A stretch of DNA of 64,000 nt, taken from assembly GCA_903884455.1 (NCBI GenBank), contig CAISEW010000041.1, positions 98,086 to 162,085 of the forward strand, given 5' to 3'. The position numbers and the translations under genes are program-made. This document shows, piece after piece, positions 61,249 to 64,000 of this stretch. Numbering within the stretch: position 1 is the stretch's first letter; each line of letters starts with the position of its first letter. The notes under the pieces are model-generated. The model searched no databases, had not been told where the DNA came from, and saw only the letters and a program-made list of their open reading frames with translations. This DNA comes from an uncultured Chloroflexota bacterium (GTDB lineage Bacteria; Chloroflexota; Dehalococcoidia; GIF9; AB-539-J10).

Positions 61249-62106
61249 TTGTACCGGCAATTGCTCCGCAAATCTGGCTTCAAACCGAAGAAACGCTTAG
61301 GACAGCATTTCCTTGTAGATGAAGCTGTATTAGAGCGTATTCTCTCTGCTGCCGAACTTAGCCCCGGGGACATTGTAGTTGAGATAGGTCCGGGCCTCGG
61401 TATACTAACTGAGGGGTTAGCCAGGCGAGGAGCCAAGGTCATTGCTGTTGAGCTTGATGCCAAATTAGTTGCCCTGCTGAAGAAACGACTGGCTGCCTTT
61501 CCTGATGTCAAAATTGTCCATGCCGATATACTTGAAGTTACCCCCGCGCAACTTCTAAAAGATAATTTACCCGCCTCCGAACTTGCCCGGGGTTATAAGG
61601 TTATTGCTAATCTTCCTTATTATATTACTTCACCGATATTGAGCCATTTTCTCGAGGCGCAGCCCCGACCATCGGAGATGGTAGTAATGGTACAGAAGGA
61701 AGTTGGTGAAGCTATTACTGCCGCCCTTGGAAAGATGAGATTGCTCAGTGTTAGGACTCAGTTTTATAGTAAACCTGCTATTATTTCTTATGTGCCGGCG
61801 GCGAGTTTCTATCCCCCGCCCAAGGTGGATTCGGTTATCTTGCGCCTGGATGTTTACTCCCAGCCGCCTATCGAGGTATCCGATGTCGCTGGTTTTTTTG
61901 ATATAGTTATGCATGGTTTCAGCGCTCCTCGTAAGCAGCTTCGCAATTCCCTGGCGCACTCTTTAGAGATGCCGCCCAGCCAGGTGGCTTCACTACTGGA
62001 AAAGGCTGGCATAGAAGCTAAACGGCGGGCGGAAACCCTGAGCTTGGAGGAATGGAGGGAGCTCTGGAAAATCTTTGCTCCCTTTGCAAAAAGCTTGCAA
62101 TGTTGA
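61249..62106 (+). CDS. rsmA: 16S rRNA m6,2A1518/1519 dimethyltransferase
   Basis: KKRLGQHFL, EIGPGLG, ANLPYYITSP, FYPPPKVDS. Confidence 0.95.
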   Translation: MYRQLLRKSGFKPKKRLGQHFLVDEAVLERILSAAELSPGDIVVEIGPGLGILTEGLARRGAKVIAVELDAKLVALLKKRLAAFPDVKIVHADILEVTPAQLLKDNLPASELARGYKVIANLPYYITSPILSHFLEAQPRPSEMVVMVQKEVGEAITAALGKMRLLSVRTQFYSKPAIISYVPAASFYPPPKVDSVILRLDVYSQPPIEVSDVAGFFDIVMHGFSAPRKQLRNSLAHSLEMPPSQVASLLEKAGIEAKRRAETLSLEEWRELWKIFAPFAKSLQC

Positions 62107-62966
62107 CTGTTTATGCCCCGGCTAAAATAAACCTTGTCCTCGAAGTACTGGGCAAGCATAATGATTATCACCGAATCTCCACTATTGTTCAGGCCATAGA
62201 CTTATGTGACGTCCTCAATTTTCAGCCAGACGAGGCAATATCCTTTGAATGTGCTGAGCCCAGCTTAAAGCATGATAACCTGGTAACACGGGCAGCCACT
62301 CTGCTTAAGCAAAGCACAAAATTTAGTCGGGGGGCACGAATCGAGCTTCGCAAGCATATACCCTGGAGTGTGGGATTGGGAGGTGGCAGCAGCGACGCTG
62401 CTGCCACCCTCTTAGCTCTAAATGAGCTCTGGGGATTGGGATTGTCGCTTTCGGAGCTGGTTCATTTAGCCTCCAAGCTGGGCTCGGATGTTCCCTTCTT
62501 TATCCACAAAGGCACGGCTTTGATAGAGGGAAAGGGAGAAAAGGTCACCCCCTTACCATCCCTGCCTGCAACTTGCTTTGTGTTACTGGTGCCGCCACTA
62601 CCTAAAATCCCGAGCAAAACAAAGCAGATGTATGGTAGATTGGATACTACTCATTTCACCGGAGGCCAGTTTGTTCAACAGGCCCTGTCATCTTTGAGGC
62701 AGGGGAAAGCGATTGACCATAGTCTTATGTTCAATGTCTTCGAAAAGGTAGCCTTTGATTTCTTCCCCGGGCTGGACAAATATCGGAAGACTCTGGAAGA
62801 AGCCGGAGCCCCAGGAGTTTATCTCGCGGGCTCCGGGCCAGGTCTTTTTACTTTTTTCTCAGAGAAGGAAAAAGCCGGTGAGCTGTTTTCACGCCTTAAA
62901 AAGCACAGATTGGAGTGCTACCTGGCATTTTCTTTTCCACATACAAACGTAGCTGCGGGTCTTTAA
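62100..62966 (+). CDS. ispE: 4-diphosphocytidyl-2-C-methyl-D-erythritol kinase
   Basis: APAKINL, GLGGGSSDAA, GSDVPFF, GSGP; start ATG 62100. Confidence 0.93.
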   Translation: MLTVYAPAKINLVLEVLGKHNDYHRISTIVQAIDLCDVLNFQPDEAISFECAEPSLKHDNLVTRAATLLKQSTKFSRGARIELRKHIPWSVGLGGGSSDAAATLLALNELWGLGLSLSELVHLASKLGSDVPFFIHKGTALIEGKGEKVTPLPSLPATCFVLLVPPLPKIPSKTKQMYGRLDTTHFTGGQFVQQALSSLRQGKAIDHSLMFNVFEKVAFDFFPGLDKYRKTLEEAGAPGVYLAGSGPGLFTFFSEKEKAGELFSRLKKHRLECYLAFSFPHTNVAAGL

Positions 62967-62988
62967 ACTTGCTGGGACAGGTAATTTA

Positions 62989-63579
62989 ATGGCAATGGAA
63001 AAACTGAAGCAAAAGAGATGGCTTGAATTAGCGCTTTACGTTGCCATCCTCGTTGGTCTCAGTTTCGGCCTTACCTATTTGCTTCGATACTTAATGGCTT
63101 ATTTCAATATCCCGATAGACAGATTTGCCCCCACAGCTTACTTAGTTGTCTTCGTAATCACCCTGTTATCTAACGCGGGCATCTTTGTTCCGGTATACAT
63201 CCATATTTCCATAATGATGACAGTAGCGCAGTACTGGAATCCTGTTCTTGTAGCTTTGACAGCCAGCGTAGCTGGTACCCTGGGGGAAATGAGTGGTTAT
63301 TATGCCGGCTACTTGGGAAAGAGAATCGTACACCTTGAGAACGTACCGGGATATGACAGGCTTGCAGGCTGGATGAAGCGATATGGCCCGTGGGGCATTT
63401 TACTCATCTCTCTTCAACCTATATTGCCATTTGACATAGCTGGACTCCTGGCGGGAGCCTCTAAACTACCGGTGTGGAAGTTTCTCTTGCCTTGCTGGGC
63501 AGGGAGATTTCCCAAGTATCTTTTGGCCTGCTACCTCGGCGAGGCGTTTTTGCGTCTTTTTCCCTTTCCACCCCTATGA
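62989..63579 (+). CDS. VTT/DedA (SNARE-associated) membrane protein
   Basis: G..GE..GY.AG, PFDI.G..AG, GR..K. Confidence 0.78.
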   Translation: MAMEKLKQKRWLELALYVAILVGLSFGLTYLLRYLMAYFNIPIDRFAPTAYLVVFVITLLSNAGIFVPVYIHISIMMTVAQYWNPVLVALTASVAGTLGEMSGYYAGYLGKRIVHLENVPGYDRLAGWMKRYGPWGILLISLQPILPFDIAGLLAGASKLPVWKFLLPCWAGRFPKYLLACYLGEAFLRLFPFPPL

Positions 63580-64000
63580 CTTCAGCGATAAAGAGAGGGC
63601 TAGTTTTTTTTCGTCGGCCCTGGTGCGAACCTCTCCATTTAATTTTGCCTTATGTAATAGCTGGAGGACCTTTCCCATCTCCGGTCCCGCGGAGATGCCC
63701 AGTCTTTTTAGCTCCTCCCCGTCGAGGGAAGTTCTAACATAGCGCAGTTTTGTGAGAAACAGTTGGAGATGGCGGTGTGCAGTTGTAGATTCTGAAGCTA
63801 TGGCATTTGCCTGTATCGCCAGAGGCTCATATTCCCGGAGCACATAATAAATCTCGCTGGGTTTCAGAGAAGAGTTGCCCAGGAGGTGGAGCCTGGTCTT
63901 GAGGCGTAGCGTATCGCGCAGGGCCCGAGATAATTTTGCCGATATGTTAAGGCGAGCGAGAAATTGCTCAATGCCCCTTTCGCTGAATGAATAAACAAGG
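63574..64000 (-). CDS. C-terminus of CCA-adding tRNA nucleotidyltransferase / poly(A) polymerase family protein (partial)
   Basis: Frame open to the window end; LDGEELKRLGISAGPEMGKVL...LNGEV tail. Confidence 0.7.
   Translation of the reverse strand, partial: LVYSFSERGIEQFLARLNISAKLSRALRDTLRLKTRLHLLGNSSLKPSEIYYVLREYEPLAIQANAIASESTTAHRHLQLFLTKLRYVRTSLDGEELKRLGISAGPEMGKVLQLLHKAKLNGEVRTRADEKKLALSLSLKS

Overview
A 64-kb chromosomal segment of an anaerobic bacterium. The best fit, by inference, is a Dehalococcoidia/Chloroflexota lineage, based on the core-MetE-type methionine synthase next to mtnP, a large-type SRP RNA and several archaeal-like genes. Most of the window is housekeeping: purine biosynthesis (guaA, purD/E/B/C), glycolysis (pfkA, gap, eno), a corrinoid uptake/salvage operon, tRNA/rRNA modification, DNA repair (nth, recJ, YprA/MrfA-like helicase, ligA), ftsY, lgt, pth, ispE and SRP RNA. 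Three things stand out. (1) A ~3.25-kb insert between ligA and pth, bounded by a 9-bp direct repeat (CTTAGAGTT). It carries an AT-rich, apparently two-gene operon: a UG/Abi-type (DRT-like) reverse transcriptase with a helical C-terminal domain, and a DEDD/RNase-H-like 3'-5' exonuclease. A ~700-bp non-coding tract follows. This is a candidate RT-exonuclease antiviral system. (2) Families of short palindromic repeats that sit between genes and also in-frame inside conserved proteins (PurC, FtsY, MtaB, the YprA-like helicase); one copy supplies a stop codon. (3) An accessory tract at 46.6-49.6 kb in which gene modules are separated by a thrice-repeated 19-bp quasi-palindrome and a 12-bp direct repeat. 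All product calls come from motif recognition by eye; no database searches were run.
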